A stretch of 64,000 nt of DNA, from contig CM052817.1 of the NCBI GenBank assembly GCA_028534125.1, forward strand, positions 70,496,001-70,560,000, in the 5' to 3' direction. The stretch is from Lama glama (taxonomy: Eukaryota). The position numbers and the translations under genes were made by a program. A model generated the notes under the pieces. The model saw only the letters and a list, made by a program, of their open reading frames with translations, was not told the DNA's origin and did no database searches. Below, piece by piece: positions 13,151 to 25,900 of the stretch; positions within the stretch are counted from its first letter, which is position 1; the number at the start of each line of letters is the position of its first letter.

Positions 13151-14615
13151 GCAGGGGAAGAAGACTATCTTTCTCATTAGCTTTTCTCTCAGTGTATACA
13201 GATTCTCTTGTGATAGTAAAACCATCATGGAAATGCAAGACAAAGGATTTAGACTTTAAGAACAAATGCCTCTCTGTCTTAACACAGACTGGACCCTTCT
13301 AATCACTGCCATCTTTCCACTAAGATAATAGAACGCAGGGCTTTTGCTCTGCAGAGGATAAGAGCTCGTGTTCCCTGAGTGCTGACTCTGGACCGGCCCT
13401 GACCTGAGTGTGTGTATGTATTGACTCACTAGATATTTGCATTAATTGACACCTTGAGATAGGTACTTGTATCATTCCCATTTTACCAGCCAGGACACTG
13501 AGATGAGATGAGTTGCCTTAGTAAGTGGTCAAACAGGGATTTAAAAACAGGCCATTTGCCTCCAGCAACTCAGTTCTTAAACACTAAACTACTTGCCTTT
13601 GGATTGCCAAGAAAGACTTTGCAAACGTTAGTTGAAAACATTCTAGAAATGATTTATTCCTAATATTACCACCTAAAGGAAAGAGCTTAAATCAGAAGAA
13701 AAATGATGAGACTTGAGAATAGACGATTCCCCATCTCTAAACATCTCGTGGAAATACAGGTTAAAAAGGCTTTGGGAACATTGTGGGTAGTGAGGGTTTA
13801 ACATGCTCTGTTTCTTGGTGATCAGACAATATTCTAAGACTTTGGAGACTCTGGTTCTGTGCTCTGCTATTAAAAGCTGTGTCATCTGGGCTAATCTTTC
13901 TCTTTGAATTCTTTTCTCAAATGAAATATTAATATACTGTTATTCATCATATTTAGTTACTGGGAGAATCAGATATAATTGTTATGACAATGACTTAAAA
14001 ATACAAAATGCTATGGAAATATAAGGTGGTATTATTGTTGTTTACCATCACTAGTCACACATGGAATCATGTCATCTCAAAGTTGGAAGAAATGGTAGAG
14101 GCACCGAGTACCTCCTCGGGGGCAGAGAGGTAGAGCCGTACCTTTGTAGAACTTTCTGGAGCTATAATGTTTGTCCTGGATTAAGATCCTCACTCCGTCA
14201 CTTATTTTCTGGATAAGCACTGATCCAACTTCTCTGAGTCTCAGCTTTTTTATTTGTAAGAAGAGGGAGAATAATGTTTACTTCTCAGCATTGTGAGATG
14301 CAGAGTGACAGTGTGTAACAGCACTGTCCTGTCACATGCTCTTTCAGGAAATCCTCAAATAGCTTAATATTTTGAAGATAAATAGAAGTCAAGAAATATT
14401 TAAGTATTATCATGATGAGAAGAGTTACAAGTATTCTTACTAGTATAGCATGTGAAAGGTATGAGATGTAAATGGCATTTTTATTTTGTCAAAAATATCA
14501 CTGCATGTTAACTACTTATAATTTGTACAGGGTACAAATATTATAAATTCTGATAATTTGTCATTTCTTTAGGTTTCTCTATATACAGAATCAAATAATC
14601 TGTGAATAACGGCAG

Positions 14616-15104
14616 TGTAGGGGGCAGAAATAACACCCCCACAAAGATATCCGTGTCCTTATCCCTAGAGCGTGTGAATATTTTAGGCCATATGCCAAAG
14701 GTGAATTAAGGTTGTAGAAAAACTGTTTGCTAATCAGCTGACTTTAAATTAGGGAGATTATCCTAAATTATCCAAGAGGGTGAATGAAGTTACAAGGATC
14801 TTTAAAAGAGGAAGAGGGAGGCAGAAGAGGAAGAACCAGAGAGATGGCAGCATCAGCACTCGGCCCGATGTTGCTGGCTTTGAAGATGGAGGAAGGCAGC
14901 CACGAGCAGGTGGCCGCTGGAAGCTGGTACTGATTCTCCTCTAGACCCTCCAAAGAGGAATGCTGCCCTGCTAACACCTTGATTTTATCACGGTGAGATC
15001 ATTTTGGGCTTCTAAACTATGGAACTGTAAGATAATATATTTGTGTTGTTTCAAGTCATGAAATTTTGGTAATTTATTGCAACAGCCTTGAAAAAACGAA
15101 TACA
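14616..15104 (+). mobile_element. MaLR solo LTR (MLT1D-like)
   Basis: TG...CA termini; perfect 5-bp TSD GGCAG at 14611-14615 and 15105-15109; MLT1 motifs gctggctttgaagatggaggaagg and aactgtaagataat. Confidence 0.9.
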
Positions 15105-15273
15105 GGCAGTTTTGTTCCTTTCTTTCCAACCCTTTTACTTTATTTTTTGTTTTCTAATTGCATTGGCTGAGACATTCCATGCAATAATAGGAGTAGTGAT
15201 AGTAAATATTCCTTTCTTGTTTTTGATTTTAAAGGAAACGTTTCTAACTTTCTGCCGTTAAGAAAGATGTTTG

Positions 15274-15389
15274 TAGACGGTGGTGATGGTTTCACAGGTG
15301 TATACTTATCTTCAAACTCATCAAGTTGTATATGCTAAGTAAGTATAGCTTTTTACAGGTTAATTGTACCTCAAAGTGTTTTTTTTTTA
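15274..15389 (+). mobile_element. Short L1 3'-end insertion
   Basis: ggtgatggtttcacaggtgtatac...aattgtacctcaa flanked by the 11-bp TSD aaagatgtttg (15263-15273, 15390-15400). Confidence 0.75.
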
Positions 15390-17272
15390 AAAGATGTTTG
15401 CTGTAGGTTTTTAATGTATTTATCTTTATGGCAGGTCAAGGAAACTTGATTCTATTTCAATTTTTATCAGGAGTACTTACTGAATTTTCTCAAATGCTGT
15501 ATTTCAATTTCCCTATTTTCGTATTATGTATTACCTCCCTCCCCCTTTTTTGTATCAAGAACATAACATAATTAGGCTTTTTCCCCTTTCTTGTATTTTT
15601 GGGAAAGGTGGTGAGTCAGGGAGGAAAGTACTTTTTTAAAATCAATGAATCCTTCAGCCCTGAAAGTAGAAAAGACACCTTCACTGTTGTGGCATTCACA
15701 GAGCAGCACTAAAATTATTAGATGAATTAAAAGAAAAAATTGAGAGCTAATTATGGCAATAAATTGTGGACAGTAGATTATGGGCAGTAAGTTTAAAGCA
15801 GCAAATGGTGCAAAATATGTAGCTGAAATCAGCTAAAGATAAATTCTCTTGCCAGTTTTACTCAGTTTTTCCATTATCACTTGCTTTTGCTTATATTTGT
15901 TTTTATTTTATGAAAGGGAGACAGAACAGTCTAGGAAAATCATAGTTATTCAACACTATATGGCTGTTTGATACTTTGCCCACCTACCAGTCATTTCAGC
16001 CCCAGGTGGAGACAACAACTATTTCTTCCACAGTCTGACAACCTCAGCATTCCTAGCGGCTCAACCTGTGACTTGATATTTAGGCTCAGTATAACTGTGG
16101 CTCACCTGCTTTTCTGGTTCTCATAGTCCAACCTCCCCTTCAGTTTGCAAGTACAAACTCATAATTTAGCCAGAAAAGTTAGCTTTGCACTCTGCTGACA
16201 TACACTTCCCAAGTGGGACTTTCTTACTCTTGGATCTTGTCATTGCCTTGAAAGACGGATTTGGGTTGACACTGAAATCACATTCCAATTCCGGTTAAGA
16301 AGTGAATCCTAGTACATTTTAGGTGGCGATGTGAGGGGGATTGGGGGAGCAATGAAGATGAAAAGGAGGAGTGGAAACAAGTGTCAAAGAGTGAGGTGTC
16401 ACCAATGAAGACAGCTTGGAATAGCGCCACTCCTTGGAGCGGCTCCTATGATAGGAATGCTGACCAAGCAAAAAGGCATAAGGCATGCTGGCTGCCTGCA
16501 CACCCAAGCTATGGCAGGTGTTGACTGAATTAGATCATATAACACTCCAGAGCAGCATTTTCCAAACTGTGGTCTGTGGAGACTGTATCCTTTATCCCTT
16601 TGATGGGCATTCCAGTACATATTCTATACTTAATGATTTTATTTGTGGACTACCCATTACGATTTCATAGCACATTTGTTCTCAAGGGAATACGACTTGG
16701 TCCAAAAGAGGTAAGGAATCGCTCCCCTAAGTCATTGTTGCTATCACTATTTGATGTTGAAACTGATTTGATGTAAATGTTGTAAGAGAACAGAAAAGAA
16801 CATGCCTGTAGAATTATGTTATCATTTCTGAGTCAATGAAGCAGTCATGCAAATTTTCATAAGGATTATATGCTCACTGTTGCATATTTTCACACCCAGT
16901 TGCTTATATTACCCTTGGATGGCTTGTTCTGTATCCCTCTGAGTAATTGCTTTCATTCACTTATTTATTCAGCAAATATTTATTGGGTGCCAACTCCTTG
17001 CTAGGCATTGTGCTGGCCATTAAGAACATAAGAGCAAACAACACAGCCATACCTCTCCATGGAGCAGAACCATGAAAAAGCACTGCGATAAATGAAATCA
17101 AGATGCAAAGGGAACCCAGAAGCAGTGATGTCTAAATAGAGACACGGAAGATAGGTAGGAGTTAAAGAGGTAAAATGGGCTTTTAGGTAAAGAAGGGATG
17201 AGACAGTGATAGAGAGAGGATCTGGAAGTGACAGAGAAGAATCTGGTTGAAGAACTGAAAAGCAAGGGCAGG

Positions 17273-17443
17273 TTGTCTAGCACAGGGAACTATATCCCAT
17301 TTCTTGTAATGAGCTGTAATGGAAAAGGAACTGAAAAAATATATATGTATGTATGTATATGTATAACTGAATTGCTTTGCTGTACACCTGAAACTAACAT
17401 TGTAAATCAACTGCATATCAATAAAAAAAAAAGAATAAAAAAG
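17273..17443 (+). mobile_element. Artiodactyl-type L1 3' end with poly(A)
   Basis: tagcacagggaactatat...gctgtacacctgaaactaaca...aatcaactgcatatcaataaaaaaaaaa. Confidence 0.85.
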
Positions 17444-17509
17444 TTGACGAAAAAGAAGAGAAGAATAAAATTCTTTACAGGCGGTGTTTAAATCAGAGAA
17501 AACAGACCA

Positions 17510-20500
17510 AGGTGTTGGTGAACATCAATAAAGCTTTATAACAATACAATTCATTACCATTGTTTGGATTAATATTGTAATAATTACACACTTTTTACAT
17601 TATGAAAATAAGTCATAAATAGTGTAAAAATAATTCTGAAGATCAACTTCTCACAAACTAGGAACCCTGAAATCAAGTTTATAAAAGCAAATAAAAACAA
17701 ATTAGAAACTGAACAGAATGCAATTCTCTCCAAGCTGCAAATCAAAAACCACATGGGTCCTTTGATTCAGCAATGTCAGCTGGAGAAGTTACAATGAAAT
17801 TGAAATAAGAAGTCAAACAGGGAGAATTCAATCTTTCAATTATTTACACTACTGAGAAAAACAGGTTTGTGCCATATTTACAGTGATAAGACACAACACA
17901 TTCTTAGAATAATCAATTACATGAGACTGGCCCACAAAACGTCAAGAAAAATATGCAGTGTAATGCTTGCCAAAATATTTTTTTTTGCATTTTTCTCTTA
18001 TTTTGTATTTACGTGATTTTTTTGGCAATATAAAAATAGCTGCACATAGAGATGAACTTTAAAATGTAAAAAATACAAATAAAAATATAATATTTTCTAA
18101 AGGAAAATCAGATACATACATCTTTTAAAAATGTTATTAGATTGCATGAAACATTTACAACAATAAAAAGAATATTCACATAAATGTCAATAATATGTAA
18201 GACATTCTTTTGTGAATCCAATTTATTACTGTTTCTGAGATTATCCATAGCATTTTGAGAAATGTTGGTACTTTGTTATCAATAAATCAAATATAACAGA
18301 TCAGGTTGAAAAAGCCTTCATATTCCCACAAGGACAGTTCTGTCTATAAGCAGCAAAGGGAATCTTATGCATTTAAATACATTTAAAAAATCAGAAATGC
18401 CATTAAAATGCTTCTGTGTTGGATTAGCAAAAACAAAATCCACTAAGAATATAAGTTGAAAGGGTATCTCTGCCCTGGTATATAGTAAATTCAACCAATA
18501 CAAAGATATTTCAATAAAAATGGGGAAAAGTAGGGACTGAAAGTCCTTACATTCTAAAATAATTTAGCAGGATCATAATTGGTCAAGTATGTTAATTCCC
18601 CTAGGAATGAATTGTTTTAACAGCCAGAATCACATGTGATTGTTCTTAATTACTGTTTTTGAGAATATAAGATCAGTTTGCTTTGGATTCAACTTTCTAG
18701 AGATAGCAAGGTTGGTTTTTTTTTGGTTCGTTTTGGTAGAAATTAGAAAAGCTCATTTTGCATAATATTATTTATTAATCTAATGTGATTATCAAAAAAT
18801 GGAGAAAAACAAGGTTTCAAATATCAATATCTGCATGTTTCTATGATAACTTACTGGAAGATATCAAAACACCACCCACCTTTCAAGTATAACTTATTTC
18901 TGGGTAAGATTATATATAGTGGCCAAAAAAATTTAAAAAAAGGATGAAAAGTGGTGTTAACTTTTTATGCTACAATATGAACATTAAAAATAAAGCCTTG
19001 GAAAATTAAGCATAATTTCTAAGTGATAAAAATATAAGATAGCAGTTAATTTTTCCATAGGTGCTGACATGCTTATATGGCCATTTCCAAACTAGCAGAT
19101 ATATATGCATAGTAGACAAAGGACATACAGAATGAACTACTGGATGCACAAGAGTCCTTACTGTCCCAACAGAACATCATGTACAGGATTCAAGAACAGA
19201 TTTTTTTTTTTTTGGTGGAAATTCAAGACATTCTCATGTTTTCTATGAAATCAAATAAGAAAGAAAAATCCCTCAAGACTGCTTTTCATAATGAAAATGA
19301 AAACCAGAAGAAAAGCTTAGGCAAATTTATGTGTCAGGTATTCTACGAATGTGTGCAGATCTATCCAACGTTGATTTTGTCACGCTTAATCAAACCATAC
19401 AAGCTAAAAGGTGAGAATGAAAGTTGGAAAAGACATACGGCATATGAAATGAACTAGAAAGAAGAGGATCCACAATCCAAGTAAACACACAGCATCTACA
19501 GGTACACCGTTTTGTTTTCCTTTACATTAAGAAAGACTGGTCATTGAACCATAATTATAAATCCATGAACTTTTAAAATAAAATCACACGCTAACAGCTT
19601 AGGAATGCTATTAAACAGAGAAATGAAATTATCCATAGTAGAGTTGCATTGCCCATAAAGAAAAAGAAAAGAAATACATTAGCAAAAACATAAATGGAAA
19701 AGAATTTTAAAGCTAAAACACATATCAATTTGGCATCCTTAAAAGATGCTTATCAGACATAGGACCTGATCTTGACTTATTTCCCATGTGTTTTTCATGA
19801 TTTTTTTCTTAATCTTTTATCCAATAATATAAATTAAAAGAAAGAAATCTTTAAAAAATGTATCTGCCAACACATGTATCAGCAGACACTTACATTAGTT
19901 CACTAGGGAATTATCTGAGGATTCTCTATATTGATAACAAAATGGATGATTTAAAATATTTCAGTAACACAAGCTGAAGATTATGCATGACGGTTAAGAC
20001 CTAGTAATTCCATGGAACAAAGAGGAGTATCACGGTCCTTTTGTATTCCACAAGGAAATAAACGTAATGGAAGATTACAGCTTCCTTTAATCATGGAATA
20101 AAAGTCAATACTGTCAAATCAGTTATTGAGCAAAATCTCAATATACACATAGGACAGAACAGTATTTTTAAAGGGCTGTGTTTAAAAAATATACATACAT
20201 TTTTTCACATGAAATGTTTCTCTTTTGATGATGAGGTATTCTCTTATGAAGCTGTGCATGTTTTAAATAGTGATCCATCTCAATACCTCTTTCTACTAGA
20301 GGAGTAAAAGGAAAGATAGATAGGAAGAAATATAGCCACCGGATTTTTCTCAAGACACTACTGTTTGTTTTCTTGAAGATACTGTAGTTTTACATGCTTT
20401 AGTTCATTTTTCCAAACCATTTAAGACAAATTGTTTCAGACATTGAATAATACCTTATCCTGACCAGGTCATACAAGAGATGGGTAGAAAATGCCCTCTG

Positions 20501-22713
20501 TTGTTTTAAAAATGCTAAACTGGTTTTGGAGTGTGGAATGTTACTAGAAATGTTACCAATTAGATTGACAGATTAGTTCAAATATCTTTCCATTGTTGAA
20601 AACTTAATGGAAACAAAAAGAAGGCATTTTGTAAAACTGAGCATTTGGTTATATGATGTGAAAGAGACCATAAGGATCTTAGGATCCTTGTCTTATAATC
20701 ATATCTTAACTGTTGTCACCATAAGCCAATGATGAGGTAATTTCCCCTCTGGTGGTGAAAACCTATACATGAAACCAGAAAATTTCCCATAAAATTGCAT
20801 GAAATCAGAAATTATATTGTCCAATGGGCTTAAAGAGTGACTATTCCTCATCAGTGATGTTTCTCCTAATGTACTCCTTCCACTTAGAAGGAGTCATTTC
20901 AAAACATGCTATCAACTCTTTCCTGTGCAAAGAAATGCTCAGTCTAATACAATCAGGTAACTTTTGAGCAAGTAGTTGAAAAATATCTCTTTATGGTGAC
21001 TATATTTCACAGCTTTCTGAGATCTCAGATTTGGTCTGTGTATAAGACAAACATTTAGAAATGTAAAAAAGATAAAGAAATCTAAATATAGACAAAACTT
21101 AGATCTAAATAGAACTACAAGAAATAGAAATGAATTAATACTATCAAATGTGACCAAATCTTGGCTTTATGTTAACTGATAATCACTATGCATGTTATAG
21201 TCATCATATGAAGAAAATCAAAAAGTACTGAAAAAATTGCTTAACTGGGATGCTTTACAATGACTGAACTGAAAGTGGAGCTTCTTTTATATTCTCTTTA
21301 GTTACTTAGAACAAGAAAGAAGTTAGCAGAAGTTAGCAAAAGTTAGCAAAAAATGTTGACTGCTGGTACCAAGTTATTAGGATTTGAAGACTTTTCTTAA
21401 AAAATTGTTCAAAATAAATGTGATAAAAGCAGAAAAAAAATTTTTTTCCTGAATATTCCTGGGACTAAAAAAGAAAAAAAAAGTAATAAAAAGAATGGGA
21501 AATATCTTTCTGTTTCAAGAACTTTGTAGAAAATGTTTTACATGGGTTGGCTCTTGGAAGGAAGAGAAGCTCCCACATCAGCTTCGGTAGAGATTGTAGG
21601 GTGAGCTCCCCCATGTCTTCGGGAGAGGTCATTTCAGCCAGCCCCTTCCTGGGACGTGTTATTTCTTCAGCAACCTGAGTTTCGGTGGGATGTGTACACC
21701 CTTTGTCCTCAGGAACAGGGGCTGCCATTCCAAGAATCTCCTACCCCAAAGAAATGCTGTGTGCCTCTGCCATTTTCGAAAAGCACCCATATTAACAGTC
21801 GTTGGAATTCAGTTTATTAAAAAAAGAAAAGTCTGCTGTTTCGGGTGCCCGCCTTTGTAAACCTCTTTCCCACTTGGTCACATGAGAGACAGCACAGGAG
21901 GCTGAACTGGTCCTCTTTCCTTGTCTTCGTTGCCAAAGGCAGCCCAAGGAAACCTGGCGGCAGCAACCGGCTCAGCCCCTCAACATTTCAAGCAAGGAGG
22001 CCACGTGAGCCCGCAGAAGTTGTAGATCTGCAGTTGGCTCTGCAACTCCCTCAAAATACAAGACCATTTGTGTGTGTGCTCTCCGCCATTTTATCTCTTT
22101 TTGGCAATAAGCCATGGTGTAACCCCCTTGAGATGACAAAAGAAATAAAAGCTCAGATGTGATCAAAGTACTCATTACGCAGCATGCTAGCATCTGAAGT
22201 TGCATGACAAGCAGGTTTGGCACACGGTCATGCATTTTTAGTCAGTTTCAATGGGTGCCTTGGGTGTGACTAGCAAAGGTGAGTAGGGATGTGACGGTAA
22301 ACTGTATAATCAGTCAGTATAGTACATTTCCATAGCTTCGAGTCCATATTTGGTCACAATTTCATGTAAACTATCTCATGGCACTTTTTGTCCATGCAAT
22401 TGACAAGCCCAAATGTAAGAAAATAGCAAGAACAATCAAGCTCTATCACTATGTCCATATAAATACGTATCTTCACACAAGATAAAGAGATACTGATCAA
22501 TATTTTTTGCAGGCTTCTCACTGCTTTCACAGATTGCCCAATTTCATATGTAAGTGAAGGAAAGATGGACATGTGTACTACTGCAAACAGGAAGAAGCAG
22601 CTATCTGTAAACATATCTCAGACTTGTAAAATCTGCAATACAGTTTCCAACTATAAATATAAAAAGTGGACCATTATACACACAACTTCATGCTCGGAAG
22701 GTTAGATTCATCA
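17510..22713 (-). other. COL25A1: COL25A1 last exon: stop codon plus ~5.2 kb 3'UTR (3' end approximate)
   Basis: Acceptor ttgtttttctgcag followed by TGA; long AU-rich tract with no recognisable repeats; candidate poly(A) signals AATAAA 21813-21818 and 18222-18227, TATAAA 17535-17540. Confidence 0.65.
22711..22713 (-). CDS. COL25A1: COL25A1 stop codon (first 3 nt of the last exon, followed by a second TGA)
   Basis: cag|TGA TGA ATC TAA; the previous exon ends CWQK in phase 0 with no stop. Confidence 0.88.
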   Translation of the reverse strand, partial: 

Positions 22714-24300
22714 CTGCAGAAAAACAAACAACAAAAAAGACAGATATATAGAATTAGTAGTCTAGGATAAAAATTCCAAAGTAACATTTATTTTAAGAAA
22801 ACTGGTAGAACCCTGAATAGAGTCTTTTTTTTAAATCAGTGAGCCAATTGATATGTCCAATACATCACTTTTCTAAAACTTATCACATTTTTCATCCTAG
22901 GTTTAGCCCACAATTTACTTTTGCCACCGAGAAGTTTGTGGAAAGTGTTTGTCTCAGTAAATATTCTGGGAAAGCAGAAAATTAGGATTTTATCACCTAT
23001 GTGCTGTAATTAAAATGCATGTCCTATTCATGGCTTATGTCACCTTCTTCAAGCATTAAAACACAGCTGCAGAAAATGCTGAGGATTCTGACCTCAGTGG
23101 CATTGTTCACTTCATCGATGCCTGAAGTCTCTACTCTGCTTCAGCTCTGGTTTCCCCCTTTTGGCTGGCCATGCCCTGCTGTGAATGGCGTGCAGGGTAG
23201 ACCTGTCTGCCGGCTGTCAGGTCTGCAAGCTGCCTTGTAGGTTCCATGGTGATCTAAGAAACTAGAAATGTCTGGTTCCTTGTTTTGAGCTGCCATCATG
23301 ATTAAGGTTTTCCTAGAACTGAAGTTAAGCCTGAAAGAACTGAGGAACAGTGGTCTTTGAGGTGTAACTTACAGAGCAGATCTTGGTGACAACTTTGACT
23401 TCTGCTCAAAGAAAAACCAGTTAGAAAGGTAGAGTGTCCAGAGGAGGAGAATGATACAGATCTCCTCATCTCCCCTGCACAAAGCAGACTCACCTCCACA
23501 GTCATCTCTCAGTTCAATCATTAAAAATATTTGCTCTTCTCTCTCCAATAAAAATAGACACTATATTAAATGTACTTAAGAGGCTGGGTGCTGTGTGATC
23601 TTTAGAGACAGAGTTCTCTCAACCTTCATGCATGTCATGTCAAGGCCAGGGACTGTGTCTGTAGGAAGTAGTCCTTTCTCCAAACTCCCACTTATCTCAG
23701 ATTTCAAACAGATGCATTTTTTTTTGAGAAACCAGGGTTTTGCAAGTAATCTACAGAATTTTAAGCTTCTCCAACCCCCCCAACCCCAGATTTTAAAACT
23801 TAATTTAAAAAATCTGTCCCCTTGCTTGTGGAAGGTTCTGCTGCAAACCTGTCAGCCCTTTCTGGAAAAACAAAGTTTAGTGAAACATTAAAAAATAAGA
23901 AGTTTCACAGTATTTTTCCTATTAAATAATTTTTAATCTCTGGGTGAGAATGGGTGATAACTTTAATAGCCTGTATTTTCTCAACCATAAATTCTGCTCT
24001 TTCCTCACTGTATGAATTACAGTGTGAATTGGTACATTATCATTCTTCAAAAATTTAGAAGACTGAACTGTATCTAGAAAGAAAAGTAATTTAAACAAAG
24101 ATCAAGTGGTTTTACATGGAAAAGATTATTATTGAGAGGAGCATGAGCAACAGGACTTGTTCGCTAATCACAGTGATTTTCCCTGTGGCCACAATCTGAA
24201 TTTCAGGTCATTTACTCCTGTGCTCTCAAGACTACTAAACATACTGTTTGAAAGAGGGGTCCCCTAAAACAGGACTAAGTCATCTACAGGCCTTCTTTTT

Positions 24301-24506
24301 TCTAAATTTGTCTGTTTTTAAATTTTTTTTTTAAATTCAGCTTTTTTTTTTTTGGAAGGGGGAGGTAGTTAGGTTTGTTTGTTTGTTTGTTTGTTTATTT
24401 ATTTATTTATTTATTATTTTTTAAATGGAGGTACTGGGGATTGAACCCAGACCTCGTGCATGGTAAGCACACACTCTACCACTGAGCTATACCCCTCCCC
24501 ACTCTG
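24301..24506 (-). mobile_element. Vic-1-like SINE
   Basis: gtactggggattgaacccag...ctctaccactgagctatacccctcccc; perfect 14-bp TSD caggccttcttttt (24287-24300, 24507-24520). Confidence 0.92.
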
Positions 24507-25699
24507 CAGGCCTTCTTTTTGAAATATCATTTAAAAATTAATTTGATTTGACCAACAGTGTGTTTGAGATACCTAAGCTGACCACATAAGAGATTTGAGA
24601 ACACTTCATTTTTCTAATCTTTTTCTTTCTTCTTTTTTTTTTTTTTTTTGGCAGGTGGAGGTGTTGGGAGAGGATGAGCAGTAGGGTTTGCATTAGAGTG
24701 TGTTGGGAGTGTGGTAGGCAATAGTGAAGTTTAATCACTAAGTTATTATTCTTTATATAAGAAGATGCTAGATTTAAGAGATCTTCACTCTTATGTAGAA
24801 TTCTTAAAGTGTAAATTTCTGATTTTCTGATGCTATTCATATTATTACTAGGTTTGGCTAATTTGTGAACCCAAAAGATGATGAATCCTTTGCTTGTTGC
24901 CATTATGTTTTATGCCTTCACCAAAAGGAAGTGATTTAGAAGCAGCCAAAAACGATGTGAACCCAAGTTCTGAGTAGTGTCAGAGGCTGGATAAAGTAAG
25001 CCTTTCACATCTCCCTCTATGTAAAGTGTGCCAATGACTGGATTAAAAAATCATTATAGTATTCAATTACAGGGCAAAGGTTAAAGAGCAGGCGGTAATT
25101 CCAGCTCAGGGTGGTATTAACAATTCTGAGAACGGGGGTTATGATGGTGAAAGGATAGTTTTCTCAGGTGAAGAGGAATATGGTGATAGGCTCATCGTCC
25201 TGAGGACCGCCTGACCTCAGCCAGGATGGAGCTAATGATCCGACAGGCTGAAAGGGGAGTGTGGGAAGCTGTTAAATAAATGACGCTACTGGGAGAGAAG
25301 GATTTGCTTTCTCTGGCCAAGTAGGGTGAGAGTAGTTAAGCAAGAGAGGGAGCTTCACAGAATCTCCACACCCACGGAGCTGATGAAAGGAGAGGCAAAC
25401 AAAAGCCAAGCCTCTCCTCACCCTTCTGCAGTCCTACATAGCTGCGCTGCAGCTTTGCCAATGAAGCATGCCTGTCAAAAATGACTAACTAAGCCACAAG
25501 ATGTTAAAGAAAAAAATTCAAACTGATGAAAGCAGCATGGATACTTCCCCCCAGCTCATTTTCACATCAGTGGAATTCCTTTAACTTTCGGTAGCACACT
25601 CAGTCTTTTCTAATTAGGTTCGCACCGTTATTGTGTAAAGGTTTGGTATTCTCTGAACAGCACAGCCCATACAGATCTCTTCCCTCCTTAAAGTTCTGC

Positions 25700-25900
25700 C
25701 ATTGCTTTCCACTGTCTGCTTCTAGTTCTGTTACGTACCAGTTCTGTGCCCTTGGAAGTTCCTTAACTTCTCTGAATTTCACTTCCTTCATCAGCATCAT
25801 CGAGGGTAATAATACCCTACAGGGCTATTATGAGGATCAAATAAAGGGATGTCCCCTACAGGAAAGGGCTTGTCACACAGCCTTTGTACACAGACGCTTC
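25700..25900 (-). mobile_element. MIR SINE fragment
   Basis: ttctgtgcccttggaagttccttaacttctctgaatttcacttccttcatc...ataataccctacagggctattatgaggatcaaat. Confidence 0.65.

Larger units (their letters stand above)
14540..15500 (-). mobile_element. Old L1 ORF2 fragment carrying two nested insertions
   Basis: Antisense L1 text (taggtttctctatatacagaatc...ctaattgcattggctgagac...gatgtttgctgtaggttttt) resumes across both inserts. Confidence 0.7.
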
